A stretch of DNA of 64,000 nucleotides from Lama glama (taxonomy: Eukaryota): NCBI GenBank assembly GCA_028534125.1, contig JAPYYK010000103.1, positions 1,302,001 through 1,366,000 of the forward strand, in the 5' to 3' direction. The notes under the pieces were generated by a model that searched no databases, was not told the DNA's origin, and saw only the letters and a list, made by a program, of their open reading frames with translations. This document shows, in pieces, positions 63,965 to 64,000 of the stretch. Within the stretch, counting starts at the first letter, position 1. Each line of letters opens with the position of its first letter. Made by a program: the position numbers and the translations under genes.

Positions 63965-64000
63965 TTTTTTAAATTGAAATATAGTCAGTTTACAATGTGT
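63965..64000 (-). mobile_element. Camelid-type L1 3' tip running off the window
   Basis: TTTTTTAAATTGAAATATAGTCAGTTTACAATGTGT, same terminus as 25160-25344. Confidence 0.65.

Noticed and set aside
1-64000. Prokaryotic-style systems (CRISPR arrays, operons, defence islands)
   Set aside because: The sequence is mammalian; there are no regularly spaced repeat-spacer arrays and no long ORFs.

Overview
Mammalian non-coding DNA, most likely from a camelid (alpaca/llama/camel). The basis is a Vic-1-type tRNA-derived SINE at ~29.5 kb and several L1 3' tips of the form TTTTATTGAAGTATAGTCAGTTTACAATG, both recognised from memory of consensus sequences and not by a search. The window is AT-rich, CpG-depleted and dense in ancient eutherian repeats (MIR, L2, hAT MER3/MER5/MER20B/MER58, MLT1, LTR16/LTR33, L1M), with a 204-N assembly gap at 41727-41930. 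I recognise no protein-coding exon, and the listed ORFs look like chance frames. It reads as a large intron or regulatory region. The main signals are: (1) a small CpG-rich promoter-like element with a minus-strand first exon and strong donor at ~28.3-28.5 kb, next to a MEIS/OTX motif cluster; (2) an apparently young 501-bp solo LTR (47018-47518) with a target-site duplication, retained CpGs, four NRF1-like palindromes, a YY1 site, a (GCC)n-like tract and an AGTAAA poly(A) signal; (3) a 76-bp dispersed duplication flanking the LTR-containing 2.9-kb segment; (4) a FOX:ETS+GATA composite site and a consensus CTCF site. The sequence alone does not establish a wholly new biological system. The solo LTR as a lineage-specific promoter donor is the best candidate. 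Repeat family names and boundaries are approximate and were assigned by eye.
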